Source: Myxococcota bacterium
GTDB taxonomy: Bacteria > Myxococcota_A > Polyangia > Nannocystales > Nannocystaceae
Assembly (NCBI GenBank): GCA_039194325.1
Contig: JBCCWC010000004.1
Location: forward strand, 170,172-234,171
Direction: 5' to 3'
DNA length: 64,000 nt
The position numbers and the translations under genes are program-made. Position 1 is the stretch's first letter; each line of letters begins with the position of its first letter. This document shows positions 39,896-49,453 of the stretch, piece by piece. The notes below the pieces were generated by a model. That model saw nothing but the letters and a program-made list of their open reading frames with translations, did not search any database and was not told the origin of the DNA.

Positions 39896-41140
39896 ATGCG
39901 GTTGCGCTCTATTTTGCTTGAGAAGATAGGTCCGTTCGACCAGGCCGAGCTGGAATTGCTCGATGGGAGCGACGGGGAGATCCCCGTTGCATTCATCACC
40001 GGGGAGAATGGGACGGGCAAGAGCATCGTGCTCGATGCGATCCGTGGGTTGTTCGGACCGCAGTACGCGACGCTCGAACGCCAGATCGTTCGAGGGAACG
40101 GTGGGTACCGACTCGAGGCCATGGCGACCGCTGACCGTGGCCCATTCCAAATGAGTCGTCTCAACGAGATTCCGCCCCACGTGCCCCAACCGGTATCCGA
40201 TCAGGATCACAACCGAATCCGGCACCTACCGCAGTTGCTGAAAGAACACCCTGAGCAATGCCCAAAATGGGTCGTAGATTTCTGGCGCCCGGGCCTCTCG
40301 ACCGAGTCCTACGACATCAAAGGGCTGACCAAGCCCGATCCCGCCGCGCTCCTGTCCAAGTCCCTCCAGGGCACGCTCCGCAATGCCGAGGTCACGGAGC
40401 TCATCTGCTTCTTTGACTACCTTCGCGACAGCCGGTCGCAGAGCGAGCGCACGGCGGGCGACCTCCTCTATTCCCTGATCGCCAAGATCATCAAGGCTAG
40501 CGTCCTCGACGGTGCACTCGACCACGTCGAGCGCTCGTCGCTGACCCCCATCATCAAGCAAAGCGGACAACTCGTCCCGATCTCCAACCTCAGCGCGGGC
40601 AACGCCTACCTCATCCAGCGTCTGATCGGCTTGCTCGGGAAGATGTACGCGGTCCACCTGCTGCGACAGACCCCCGCCGACGAGCTTCACGAGCTCCCGG
40701 GCTTGCTGCTCATCGACGAGGCCGAGAGCCACCTCCACCCGCGCTGGCAAAAGCGGCTCGTTCACGACATTTTGAGTGTTTTTCCCAACCTGCAGATCAT
40801 CGCGACCACCCACTCGCCCTTCATCCTCGCCTCGACCCCCGGGGCTCGGGTGTTCGGGTGCCGCTACGACCGAGAGGCTGGCTGCTGTGTCATCGAGCGA
40901 CAGCACGAGAGCTTCGCCAACAAGCCCGTCGACGAGGTGGTGCTGTCCGCCGCCTTCGACGGCACCCAGCCTTTCGGGCCCGAGATCACCGACTTGCTTG
41001 AGCAACGCATCCGAGCTCTGGACGAGGGCGACGAACAGACCAGGATCCGGGTCGAGCGCGAGCTTCAGGACCGCAATCCCCAGTACTTCGGCTTCCTCGA
41101 CATCGAAGAGCGCCTCCGTGCCCTCGGGAGCAGTGGATGA
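39896..41140 (+). CDS. ptuA: ABC/AAA_21-type ATPase, Septu PtuA-like
   Basis: Walker A GENGTGKS, signature LSAG, Walker B LLIDEAESHLHP and H-loop TTHSP; overlaps the HNH gene. Confidence 0.75.
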   Translation: MRLRSILLEKIGPFDQAELELLDGSDGEIPVAFITGENGTGKSIVLDAIRGLFGPQYATLERQIVRGNGGYRLEAMATADRGPFQMSRLNEIPPHVPQPVSDQDHNRIRHLPQLLKEHPEQCPKWVVDFWRPGLSTESYDIKGLTKPDPAALLSKSLQGTLRNAEVTELICFFDYLRDSRSQSERTAGDLLYSLIAKIIKASVLDGALDHVERSSLTPIIKQSGQLVPISNLSAGNAYLIQRLIGLLGKMYAVHLLRQTPADELHELPGLLLIDEAESHLHPRWQKRLVHDILSVFPNLQIIATTHSPFILASTPGARVFGCRYDREAGCCVIERQHESFANKPVDEVVLSAAFDGTQPFGPEITDLLEQRIRALDEGDEQTRIRVERELQDRNPQYFGFLDIEERLRALGSSG

Positions 41141-41787
41141 TCCGAATCGAGCGAGAACGAGAGCCGGACATCCTTGTGAGCAAGAAGGACGAATGGCGGG
41201 AGAAATTTCTCGCCAGGCGAAAAAACAAGCCCACGGCCCGACCCGATTCCAGCAAATACGCTCACAAGGACATCAAGGCGGCGCTCCGGCGCATGAGCCA
41301 CGGCAAGTGCTTTTACTGCGAGTACAAGCCCGACGACGGCGGTGAGGTCGATCATCACATCGAGGTGGCGGATGATCCCTCGCTAGCGTTCAGCTGGACC
41401 AACCTCTACCTGAGCTGCCACCAGTGCAATCAGGCAAAGAAGAAGGCCGACGTCTCTATCCAAGAATGCGTCGATCCTTGTGCGTCCGACTCAAAGCCCG
41501 ACCGCGAGCTCACTTTCGACGACGAGACCATACGACCACGAGACAATTCGGCCCGGGGACGAGCCACGATCCGAAAGTATGGCCTCGACAGCTCGCTTTT
41601 GAACCTGCGGCGTAGCCGCGCTCTGAGAGAGCTGGAAAAGGCCCGTGCACGCATTCAGGACCGACGAATCGCCGACCAAGGACGACCGCTCACCGATGAT
41701 GAGCGCGAGATCCTGCTCAGCTTCGTTCAACCCGAGCGACCCTTCAGCGCGATGCTGAAGGTCGCCTTGCGCGGCCTCATTTCGTGA
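41137..41787 (+). CDS. ptuB: HNH endonuclease, Septu PtuB / retron-associated type
   Basis: MIRIER start; KCFYCE, EVDHH, WTNLYLSCHQCNQAK and TI..YGL...L..RR motifs; ATGA overlap with the ATPase. Confidence 0.78.
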   Translation: MIRIEREREPDILVSKKDEWREKFLARRKNKPTARPDSSKYAHKDIKAALRRMSHGKCFYCEYKPDDGGEVDHHIEVADDPSLAFSWTNLYLSCHQCNQAKKKADVSIQECVDPCASDSKPDRELTFDDETIRPRDNSARGRATIRKYGLDSSLLNLRRSRALRELEKARARIQDRRIADQGRPLTDDEREILLSFVQPERPFSAMLKVALRGLIS

Positions 41788-41799
41788 GGCCGCCCCCGC

Positions 41800-44700
41800 T
41801 CAGACGTTGTCCCACGGATTCGACGCCGGCGTTGCCAGCAGGTCTTCCACGTCCTCCATGGTGAGCTTCTTGGCCCCGGACACGTCGCGACCCAGCGCTC
41901 CCTCGGCGATCTCGCGCTTGCGCCGGCCCAGCTCGACCATCTTCTGCTCGACCGTGTCCTCCACCACCAGGCGATACACCATCACCGGCTTGTCCTGCCC
42001 GATCCGGTGCGCGCGGTCGGTGGCCTGGTCCTCCACCGCGGGGTTCCACCACGGGTCGTAGTGGATCACGGTGTCGGCCTCGGTCAGCGTCAGGCCGCTG
42101 CCCCCCGCCTTGAGGCTGATGAGGAACACGGGCGGACCGGCGGAGTGCTGGAACTTGGAGACCAGCTCCTCGCGGTTCTTGGTGCCGCCATGCAGCCACA
42201 GATAGTCGATGTCGAGCTCCTCCAAGATCGCGCCGAGCAGCTTCTGCATCTCGACGAACTGCGAGAACACCAGCACCTTGCGACCGGAGCCCACGCAATC
42301 GGTGATGAGCTCCTTGAAGGCCTCGATCTTCGCCGAGGGCGGCACAGGGGTGCCCTCGGGCAGGCCGAGCAGCCGCGGATCGCAGGAGACCTGCCGCAGG
42401 CGGGTGAGCGCGGCGAGGATCGTCATCTGCGAGCGCTCGATGCCCATCTCCTCGATCCGCCCGGTGATCTCGTTCTTGGCCGCCTTGAGGATCCGGTTGT
42501 ACAGGCCCAGCTGGGTGCGCCCGAAGTGCACGTAGAGGGTCTGCTCGGTCTTGGGCGGGAGCTCGGAGGCCACGTCCTCCTTCTTGCGCCGCATGATGAA
42601 GGGGCGCACCCGCACCTGAAGGCTGTCGAGCACCTTGCGGTCGCCGTCCTCGATCGGCTTGACGTAGTTCTTTTGGAACTCGGTGAGCTTGCCCAAGAAG
42701 CCCGGGGCCAGAAAATCGAAGATCGCCCACAGGTCGAGCAAGTGGTTCTCCACCGGGGTACCCGACAGGGCCAGCCGGTGATCACACTTGAGCTTCTTGG
42801 CGCTGCGAGCGGTGCTGGTGGTCCAGTTCTTGATGTACTGGGCCTCGTCGAGCATCACGTAGCGAAAGCGGATCTTGACCAGATCGTCGATGTCACGGCG
42901 CAAGATCGCGTAGCTGGTGACGATGACGTCGGTCTTCTTGAGCAGGCGGCGGTTCTCGGCCCGGTCGGCCCCGTGCCAGATGAGCACCGACAGCGAGGGG
43001 GCCCACTTGCCGACCTCCTGCTTCCAGACCGAGAGCACCGACGTGGGACAGACGATGAGCGAGGGGGCTTGCCCCTCCTCCTCCTTGGCCTTGGTCAGCA
43101 GCGCCAGGGCCTGCACGGTCTTACCCAGGCCCATGTCGTCGGCCAGGATCCCGGTCATGCGGTTTTGGTGCAGCTGCCACAGCCAGGCAAAGCCCGAGCG
43201 CTGGTACTCGCGCAGCTTGGCGGTGAGCGCCTTGGCCTTGCGAGGCGCCCGACCGGCCTTCTCGCCGGTCATGCTCTGCATGAGCTTCTTGACCTCCTTG
43301 GCGACCTTGGGGGTGGGCACCTCGGAGAGCAGCCGCGAGAGGTTGCCCAGCTCGAGGGTGGAGACCTCGGCGTGACCGTGCTTGTCGAACTGGATGTCAC
43401 CGGAGGCCTCGGCCACCGGCTCGAGGATCTTGGGATCGAGCTTGACCACGCTGCCGTCGGCCAGGGTGATCCAGCGGCGCCCCTCGTGTAGCCAGCGCAG
43501 TAGATCGCGGAAGGAGATCAGATCCTTCTCGCCCTCGATGTCGACGACGGCTTCCACGTCGAGCACCGAGCCGTCGCCGCTGCTCACCGACACCCGAGGC
43601 ACGGGCGACTTGCTGCGGATCTTGGGGAGCTTGGGGATCCGCTTCTCCCACAGCTCGGGCAGCAGCGGGATCCCGGCGATGAGAAACTCGATGGCCGCGT
43701 CGTCGCGCGCGGTGAAGGCGGACTCGGTGGGGTCCCAGGTCAGCCCGCGGTCTAGCAACACCTTGCGCGCAACCGACTCGGCGTCGAGATCGCGGTAGAA
43801 GGAGATCGGCTGGTCGCCCACGTCGACCATGTAGCGCGGTGACTCGGGATCCTCGCCGCCCACGCTGAGGGTGACGTTGCCGTAGGCGGCGGCCAGCGTG
43901 ACCTTGATGCGCCGGGCGTCGCCCTCGATGGTGGCGATGATCTTCTCCACCGCTCGAGCGTCGCTGGCCAGCGCGAAGAGATCCTGCCGCGGCACCCCGA
44001 CCGTTTGAAGGCGCTCGGAGAGGGTGTCCATCTGCTGGGCCCCCATGCGGGCATCCATCACGATCCGCGGCTGGTTGGCCACCGCCTGGAGCACCCACGG
44101 CGGCGTGTCGAGCAGGGGGAACACCTCACAGGTCTCGGGCGCGATGTACCAGGTGGGCGAGCCGGCGATGACCCGCCCCTCGTCGACCTCGAAGGTCCGC
44201 CCGCTGGCCTCGTGCTCGAGGAACCCGTGCAGCTCCACCGCCGCGTCCTTGCGGGTCTCGGCCTGTACCCGCATGACCAGCGGCTCCGAGGAGAACTTGA
44301 GCTTGCCCGTCCCTTTGAGGCTGACCTGCGAGTGGCGAGCAAAGTAGAGCAGGCCCGCCAGCGCGGGCTCGTCGAGCTCGTGCGCGCCGTCGTCGGTGCG
44401 GTCGAGCTCTTGATCGAGGAAGTGGTGGATCAGCTTGTCCGCCGGCCCCAGCCCTTCGCGGCCCGCCTTGCGACGCCGGGCCGCCACCGCGGTGCCCGCC
44501 TGGAACACGGTCACGAACCACGAGCCACCTCGATGTACGATCTGGTAGCGCCGCTGGCTCGCGCCCGTGGCCTGCTCCACGTCCACGACCCACGGGTTTT
44601 GGGTGGTGGTGATCTCCGCCCCCTTCTCGTACTGCTCGCGCAGCGTCAGCCCCAGCGCGACCGCGTGGTGGCAGATCTTCTCCCAGCCGTCGGTGAACGT

Positions 44701-44931
44701 GGGACATGTGCACTGCGCCTCGAGCTTCTTGCCAACGAGCTTGAGCGACGTGTTGTGCGGAACCGGGTTCGAGCCCTTGACCTTGCCACTGACGCTGTCG
44801 CCTTCGAATACGAGATCGGAGACGGCACGGGCCTTGTACAATTCCTGCCCGGCCTTGAATGCCTTGGGGCTGGCCGTACGCACCAACACCTGTGGCTCCA
44901 CCAAAGGGAGAAAGCTTTCGAGCTTCGACAC
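41800..44931 (-). CDS. SWIM zinc-finger SNF2-family helicase
   Basis: CTCP..CHH (SWIM), LADDMGLGKT, DEAQYIKN, SGTPVEN, SLKAGGSGL and QATDRAHRIGQ motifs. Confidence 0.95.
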   Translation of the reverse strand: MSKLESFLPLVEPQVLVRTASPKAFKAGQELYKARAVSDLVFEGDSVSGKVKGSNPVPHNTSLKLVGKKLEAQCTCPTFTDGWEKICHHAVALGLTLREQYEKGAEITTTQNPWVVDVEQATGASQRRYQIVHRGGSWFVTVFQAGTAVAARRRKAGREGLGPADKLIHHFLDQELDRTDDGAHELDEPALAGLLYFARHSQVSLKGTGKLKFSSEPLVMRVQAETRKDAAVELHGFLEHEASGRTFEVDEGRVIAGSPTWYIAPETCEVFPLLDTPPWVLQAVANQPRIVMDARMGAQQMDTLSERLQTVGVPRQDLFALASDARAVEKIIATIEGDARRIKVTLAAAYGNVTLSVGGEDPESPRYMVDVGDQPISFYRDLDAESVARKVLLDRGLTWDPTESAFTARDDAAIEFLIAGIPLLPELWEKRIPKLPKIRSKSPVPRVSVSSGDGSVLDVEAVVDIEGEKDLISFRDLLRWLHEGRRWITLADGSVVKLDPKILEPVAEASGDIQFDKHGHAEVSTLELGNLSRLLSEVPTPKVAKEVKKLMQSMTGEKAGRAPRKAKALTAKLREYQRSGFAWLWQLHQNRMTGILADDMGLGKTVQALALLTKAKEEEGQAPSLIVCPTSVLSVWKQEVGKWAPSLSVLIWHGADRAENRRLLKKTDVIVTSYAILRRDIDDLVKIRFRYVMLDEAQYIKNWTTSTARSAKKLKCDHRLALSGTPVENHLLDLWAIFDFLAPGFLGKLTEFQKNYVKPIEDGDRKVLDSLQVRVRPFIMRRKKEDVASELPPKTEQTLYVHFGRTQLGLYNRILKAAKNEITGRIEEMGIERSQMTILAALTRLRQVSCDPRLLGLPEGTPVPPSAKIEAFKELITDCVGSGRKVLVFSQFVEMQKLLGAILEELDIDYLWLHGGTKNREELVSKFQHSAGPPVFLISLKAGGSGLTLTEADTVIHYDPWWNPAVEDQATDRAHRIGQDKPVMVYRLVVEDTVEQKMVELGRRKREIAEGALGRDVSGAKKLTMEDVEDLLATPASNPWDNV

Positions 44932-45229
44932 TGTCGATTGTTGTCCTGATCGATGAGAATCCGAGCCGTCTTCACGACGGTCGCTGCGAATACGGGAGCC
45001 GCCCCGTGGACGACGCGGGCTCGCCTGCTTGCAATTGGGTCCCTCCTTCGGTCACATCCATGGACCGCCGTCGGGGCTGCCAGCAAGGCCTGGCGTCCAG
45101 TGAATCTCGCCCATGGGTCATCAAGACCACTCGCGAGATCCGCGCAACGCGACGGGGGATAGCACGCCCGTGCATGAGGGTCTAGCCTTCCGATGACCCC
45201 TTGGCACCAACAGGCCGGAAGACCGTCTC

Positions 45230-46363
45230 GTGACGCGAAATCGCGCTAGATTGACGCATGTCGACGGGCTCAACCCCGCCGACCCCGGGATCGGGTTGAT
45301 CTCGCGAGCAGTGGCCGGTGTGTCATCGCGTGAGATTTTGCTCGTTTGCTCCGGAGACGTACCGGGGGTGGGGGCCGAGGCAACCCGACTGATCCTCGAC
45401 GTACGAGAACGAGAGGACACCGTGGCACGAGCCGTGTCGGTGACCGAGAGCCCGGGCGAGAACTTCGGCCACGCCATCGTGTGGCCGCGATCCCACCTTG
45501 GCAAGGACTTCACGATCTGGTGCCTGGCCACGGGGGCGCTGGCGCTACGAGAGGGAGGAACCCTGTGGTGCGCGGTCCGAAAGGCCAAGGGCGCCCAGAG
45601 CCTGACCGACGAGATCGGCCAGATGATGGGTGAAGTGGATGTGATCGGTCGTAGCAAGGGATACCGGCTGCTGCGAGCGCGACGAGGACTACGCTTCGAT
45701 CAGGCCCGAGCCCGGGCCCACGTCGACGCACACTACGTGATCGACGACGAGGCGCTGCTCGAGATTTCGCTGTGGTCGGCGCCCGGGGTGTTCTCGCGCA
45801 AAGAACTGGATGCGGGGACCCGAATGTTGATCGAGCATGCCAATCGGTTGACGTGGGCGCCGAGCGTCGTAGTGGATCTGGGGTGTGGAGTAGGGCCGCT
45901 GAGCCTGTGGGCCGCCCGACGGTGGTCACACGGGCGGGTGCTGGGCGTGGATAGCAATCTGCGAGCGGTGGCGCTGGCGCGGAAGAATGCCCAGCGCTAC
46001 GGGTTGAACGAGCGAGTCACTATTATGGTTGGTGACGGGATGCCCCCGCGATCGAATCCAGCGGTCGCCCACCTGGCGGGACATGTGGAGTTGGCGCTGG
46101 TCAATCCACCAACCCACGCGGATCCGCACACGCTAGGGCGATTGATTCGAGAGCTACGGGAGTGGATGGCGCCGACAAAGCGCTCGGTGGTGTTGATGGT
46201 CGTGAGCCGGGCAGGAAGAATGATGGAATTGCTCACGCGCGCGGGAGCAGAGATCCAGACGTATGTTCATCCGCACTATACGATATTGGAAGCGCGTTGG
46301 AAAGAGCCCGAGCGCTCCATGCCCCTCGATTCACTGTCGAGTTCGACCGATTCGCCCGTCTAG
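45230..46363 (+). CDS. Class I SAM methyltransferase, RsmC/RlmG-like
   Basis: PGVFSRKELDAGT, VDLGCGVG and NPPTH motifs. Confidence 0.8.
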   Translation: MTRNRARLTHVDGLNPADPGIGLISRAVAGVSSREILLVCSGDVPGVGAEATRLILDVREREDTVARAVSVTESPGENFGHAIVWPRSHLGKDFTIWCLATGALALREGGTLWCAVRKAKGAQSLTDEIGQMMGEVDVIGRSKGYRLLRARRGLRFDQARARAHVDAHYVIDDEALLEISLWSAPGVFSRKELDAGTRMLIEHANRLTWAPSVVVDLGCGVGPLSLWAARRWSHGRVLGVDSNLRAVALARKNAQRYGLNERVTIMVGDGMPPRSNPAVAHLAGHVELALVNPPTHADPHTLGRLIRELREWMAPTKRSVVLMVVSRAGRMMELLTRAGAEIQTYVHPHYTILEARWKEPERSMPLDSLSSSTDSPV

Positions 46364-46507
46364 GTCGCCCCGTGAGCCCTTCATGAGGTGGAGCCCCGCG
46401 GTGAAGCGGCAAGGCGGTGAAACGGTGCAACGGTGACGCAAGGGCAAACGCCGAGCGAGGCGGCTTTGGGCTCGACACACCACGAGTACGAGTGTGCCAC
46501 TGGCCTG

Positions 46508-46560
46508 CTGGACTGGCGCGCTGGACTGGCGCGCTGGACTGGCGCGCTGGACTGGCCCGC
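46508..46560. repeat. 13-bp tandem repeat (GCTGGACTGGCGC) x4
   Basis: Directly visible between convergent genes; the last copy is imperfect. Confidence 0.85.
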
Positions 46561-46626
46561 TGGGAGTCGGTTACCCCACAACGACCGGTGCTCCACCTGG
46601 CACCATGAGGCAAAGTCCACGAGCGG

Positions 46627-48156
46627 CTAGCCGGTCGCGATGCCCAACTTCTTCATCTTGCTGCGCAGCGTATTGGGATGAAGGCCCAGGAGTACCGCCG
46701 CTCCACCGGGACCGCTCACCTTGCCTCCGCTCCGACGTAGCGCGCCCTCGATCGCCTGCGTGATGGTCTGCTCCAGGGTCATGGGGGCCAAAACGGTCGC
46801 GGAATCGACCCGACGGAGCTCGACCCCCCCCAAGCCGGGCAGCAGAGGGTCGAGGACCAGATGCTCGCCGTTACCCAGGATAAGAGCCCTCTCGATCAAG
46901 TTCGAGAACTCCCGGATGTTGCCCGGCCACGCATGGCGCGTGAGCCGATCGAGCGCATCGAGCGGGAGCCGCGGCGAGCTCCCGAAGCCGAGGCGTCGAG
47001 CATGCCGCTCTACGAAGTGCTGGAGCAACAGCGGGATGTCCTGCGGGCGCTCACGCAACGCGGGGATCCGAATGGGGAACACGCTCAGCCGAAACCACAG
47101 ATCCCGTCGAAACGAGCCGTCTTCCACCATCTGCTCGAGGTCACGGTGGGTGGCCGCGATCACCCGTATGTCGACCTGGGTGCGAGCCTCGGCTCCAACT
47201 CGCTCGATCTCGTGGGTCTGGAGTACGTCGAGTAGCCGCGCCTGTGCCGGCAAGGAGAGCTCGCCAACCTCGTCGAGGAAGATCGTGCCGTGGGCCGCGC
47301 GTTCGAAATAGCCCTGGTGGGCACGGACCGCCCCCGTGAACGCCCCTCGCTCGTGACCGAATAACTCGCTGTCCATCAGTCCATCGGGCATGGCGCCGCA
47401 GCCGACCTTGACGAAGGGGGCACCGTGTCGCGCCGACAGATCGTGAATGGTCCGCGCAACGACGTCCTTGCCCACCCCCGTCTCGCCGAGCAAGAGCACG
47501 GGCGTGGTCAGGGACGCCACCTGATGCACCATCCGCATCACCCCGCTCAGGCCCGAGTCACGACCGACGAGCTCCCCGTCTCGTAGCTGCGACAGGCGCC
47601 GCCGCAACACCCGGTTGTCCTCGGCCAGCGCGCGCTGCAGCTCGACGTTTGCCCGGTGCGACAGAGCATTGGCGACCGCCAGCGAGAATGGAGCATGCAG
47701 CGACGCCAGCAGCTCACGATGCTCCGGAGCGAGCGTCTGCCCCAGCACAGGAAACCAGCCCAGCATCGCGAGCTTGTGCCCCTCGACCTCCAGCAGCATC
47801 GTCCACCCCGAGCCCCGCGCCTCCCCCAAGAATGACTCGATCATCGCCCCCACCGGGGTGCGCGAGCCCTCCTGGACCAAAGGAGTGCGCAGGGCCGGGC
47901 TGCCGACCAGGTCCTCGATGATTCCCCGGAGCTCAGGGGGCAACGACAGCCGCTCGTCGAGCGATGTCGCCCGCTCCCGGGTCGCATCCACCAAGAAGCG
48001 AGCCGCCCCGTGCTCCGGCTCGTACAGGGCCAACAACATGCGACGAACGGGAAGCACCGTCCCCATCCATGCAATGCAGCGATGCATCGCCGTCGTCAGA
48101 TCGAGGCTGCTGCTGATACGCAGGGTCATTTCTCGAAAGAAGTCGTTGCGATCCAT
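46627..48156 (-). CDS. Sigma-54 enhancer-binding protein (GAF-like + AAA+ + Fis HTH), FhlA-like
   Basis: GETGVGKD, ELFGHERGAFTGA, FLDEVGE, WPGNIRE and the C-terminal GAAVLLGLHPNTLRSKMKKLGI. Confidence 0.93.
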   Translation of the reverse strand: MDRNDFFREMTLRISSSLDLTTAMHRCIAWMGTVLPVRRMLLALYEPEHGAARFLVDATRERATSLDERLSLPPELRGIIEDLVGSPALRTPLVQEGSRTPVGAMIESFLGEARGSGWTMLLEVEGHKLAMLGWFPVLGQTLAPEHRELLASLHAPFSLAVANALSHRANVELQRALAEDNRVLRRRLSQLRDGELVGRDSGLSGVMRMVHQVASLTTPVLLLGETGVGKDVVARTIHDLSARHGAPFVKVGCGAMPDGLMDSELFGHERGAFTGAVRAHQGYFERAAHGTIFLDEVGELSLPAQARLLDVLQTHEIERVGAEARTQVDIRVIAATHRDLEQMVEDGSFRRDLWFRLSVFPIRIPALRERPQDIPLLLQHFVERHARRLGFGSSPRLPLDALDRLTRHAWPGNIREFSNLIERALILGNGEHLVLDPLLPGLGGVELRRVDSATVLAPMTLEQTITQAIEGALRRSGGKVSGPGGAAVLLGLHPNTLRSKMKKLGIATG

Positions 48157-48178
48157 CAGTGTTGGACCTTCGAGAACT

Positions 48179-48265
48179 CACGAAATGTCGTAGACTCGCA
48201 CCTCGATCTGTGCGCTGAACGGAATACGATCACGAAATAACGTATACAATGTACGATATCTCGTA
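48179..48265. promoter_or_regulatory. Three candidate enhancer (UAS) palindromes, consensus YACGA-N4-WCGTA
   Basis: CACGAAATGTCGTA 48179-48192, CACGAAATAACGTA 48231-48244 and TACGATATCTCGTA 48252-48265. Confidence 0.6.
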
Positions 48266-48315
48266 AAGCCTTGCGCTCGAGTCATACATCCATTCGTAAT
48301 CATTGACTACCATCC

Positions 48316-48332
48316 CTGGCATGGCTCCTGCT
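48316..48332 (+). promoter_or_regulatory. Sigma-54 (-24/-12) promoter
   Basis: CTGGCATGGCTCCTGCT has GG-N10-GC spacing, lies about 20 bp upstream of ATG 48354, and is divergent from an enhancer-binding protein. Confidence 0.75.
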
Positions 48333-48353
48333 TAGCAATTTGAGCAGGAACCC

Positions 48354-48725
48354 ATGCATCACGCGACGATCCACGCATACGATGACCCGAAGCTCCAGCC
48401 AGTCCGGGATCTGCTCTCGGAATTCGAGCAGACCGAGTCGGCCACCTCCCCCGAGCAGCGGCGGCAGGTCGTCGCGAGGGCGCGACAGTGGGGTCTGGGA
48501 CGAACCCCCCAAGCCCCGACGTCGATCTCCCCCGCACTCCAAGGCTACGCGGACAAGTGCGCCCGCTTTGCCTACAAGGTGACCGACGAGGAGGTCGACG
48601 CGCTCAAGGCCACGGGCACCACGGAGACAGCGCTCATCGAGATAACCCTGGCCGCCAGCCTCGGGGTCAGCCTCGCTCGTCTCGAGCAAGGCCTGATGTT
48701 GCTCGGATCGGAGGACGAGCAATGA
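48354..48725 (+). CDS. AhpD/CMD-like helical protein lacking CxxC
   Basis: AYKVTDEEVDALKATG..E..LIEITLAASLG pattern of CMD-fold partner proteins; ATGA overlap with the next gene. Confidence 0.6.
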   Translation: MHHATIHAYDDPKLQPVRDLLSEFEQTESATSPEQRRQVVARARQWGLGRTPQAPTSISPALQGYADKCARFAYKVTDEEVDALKATGTTETALIEITLAASLGVSLARLEQGLMLLGSEDEQ

Positions 48726-49369
48726 GCCCGAACCCCTCACCCGATCTCACTGGCACGCAAGACCAACAGCCCCGCCTCGAGCTGTTTCGCAACACCCGCG
48801 GGATGACCTGGAGGCAAAAGCTACCCCTGCTCCCCATTCGAGTCCTCGGCGGTCGCTATCCCGGCCCACAGCTGGTCCTGATCCGTAGCGCCGCCCTGCT
48901 GGGTAAACGGTTCGTTCAGGCCCTGCAGGTGGCCATGCGGGAGTCCGACTACTGGAGCAAGGAAGAGCTGGAGCTGTTTGCGGCGTTCACCGCCAACCAG
49001 CTCCAGTGCGCCTATTGACAGGGTTCTCACGCTGCAGTTGCAGCGTTGGGACTCGGCGCCGAGGTCGTCGAGGCGGTGATGGACGACTGGCGCACGGCCC
49101 CGGTCTCCCCGCGGGTCCGGGCCGTGCTGGAATTCTTGACCGTCTTCGTGCCTCCCCACCAGACCTTCGGGGCGGACGACATCGCCAAGCTGCGCGACGC
49201 CGGGCTCTCGACCGCGGCGATCCGCGACGCGATGTACGCCAGCTGGTGTTTTCAGAACCTGAGCCGGTGGATGGACGCCTTCGGCTTTCCTCCCCACACT
49301 CCCCGGCTCAAGCGACTCGCTGCCCGCGGAATATGGATGGCCAGCTATAGCGCGATCCGAGTCGACTGA
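48722..49369 (+). CDS. AhpD-like peroxidase-related selenoprotein (TGA 49016-49018 read as Sec), 215 aa
   Basis: ELELFAAFTANQLQCAY-TGA-QGSH continues in the same frame into ...DWRTAPVSPRVRAVLEFL...DIAKLRDAGLS...RWMDAFG; hairpin directly after the TGA. Confidence 0.8.
49019..49054 (+). promoter_or_regulatory. Putative bacterial SECIS element
   Basis: CGCTGC-AGTT-GCAGCG perfect stem with GU in the loop, extended by GGGTTCTCA/TTGGGACTC; 17 nt between the TGA and the apical loop. Confidence 0.7.
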
Positions 49370-49453
49370 TCCACGACTCGGGACCAAAGCGCCGCCGCTG
49401 GGGAACCTTCGCCGGGATCCGGTGTCCCAGCGGCAACCCGAGGAGTAGGTGCC

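Noticed and set aside
39896..41787. Retron (Ec78-like)
   Set aside because: No reverse transcriptase gene in the window and no room for an msr-msd RNA next to the pair.
48722..49369. Pseudogene or two separate small genes
   Set aside because: The stop is a TGA exactly at a catalytic Cys position with a SECIS-like hairpin behind it, so Sec readthrough fits better.
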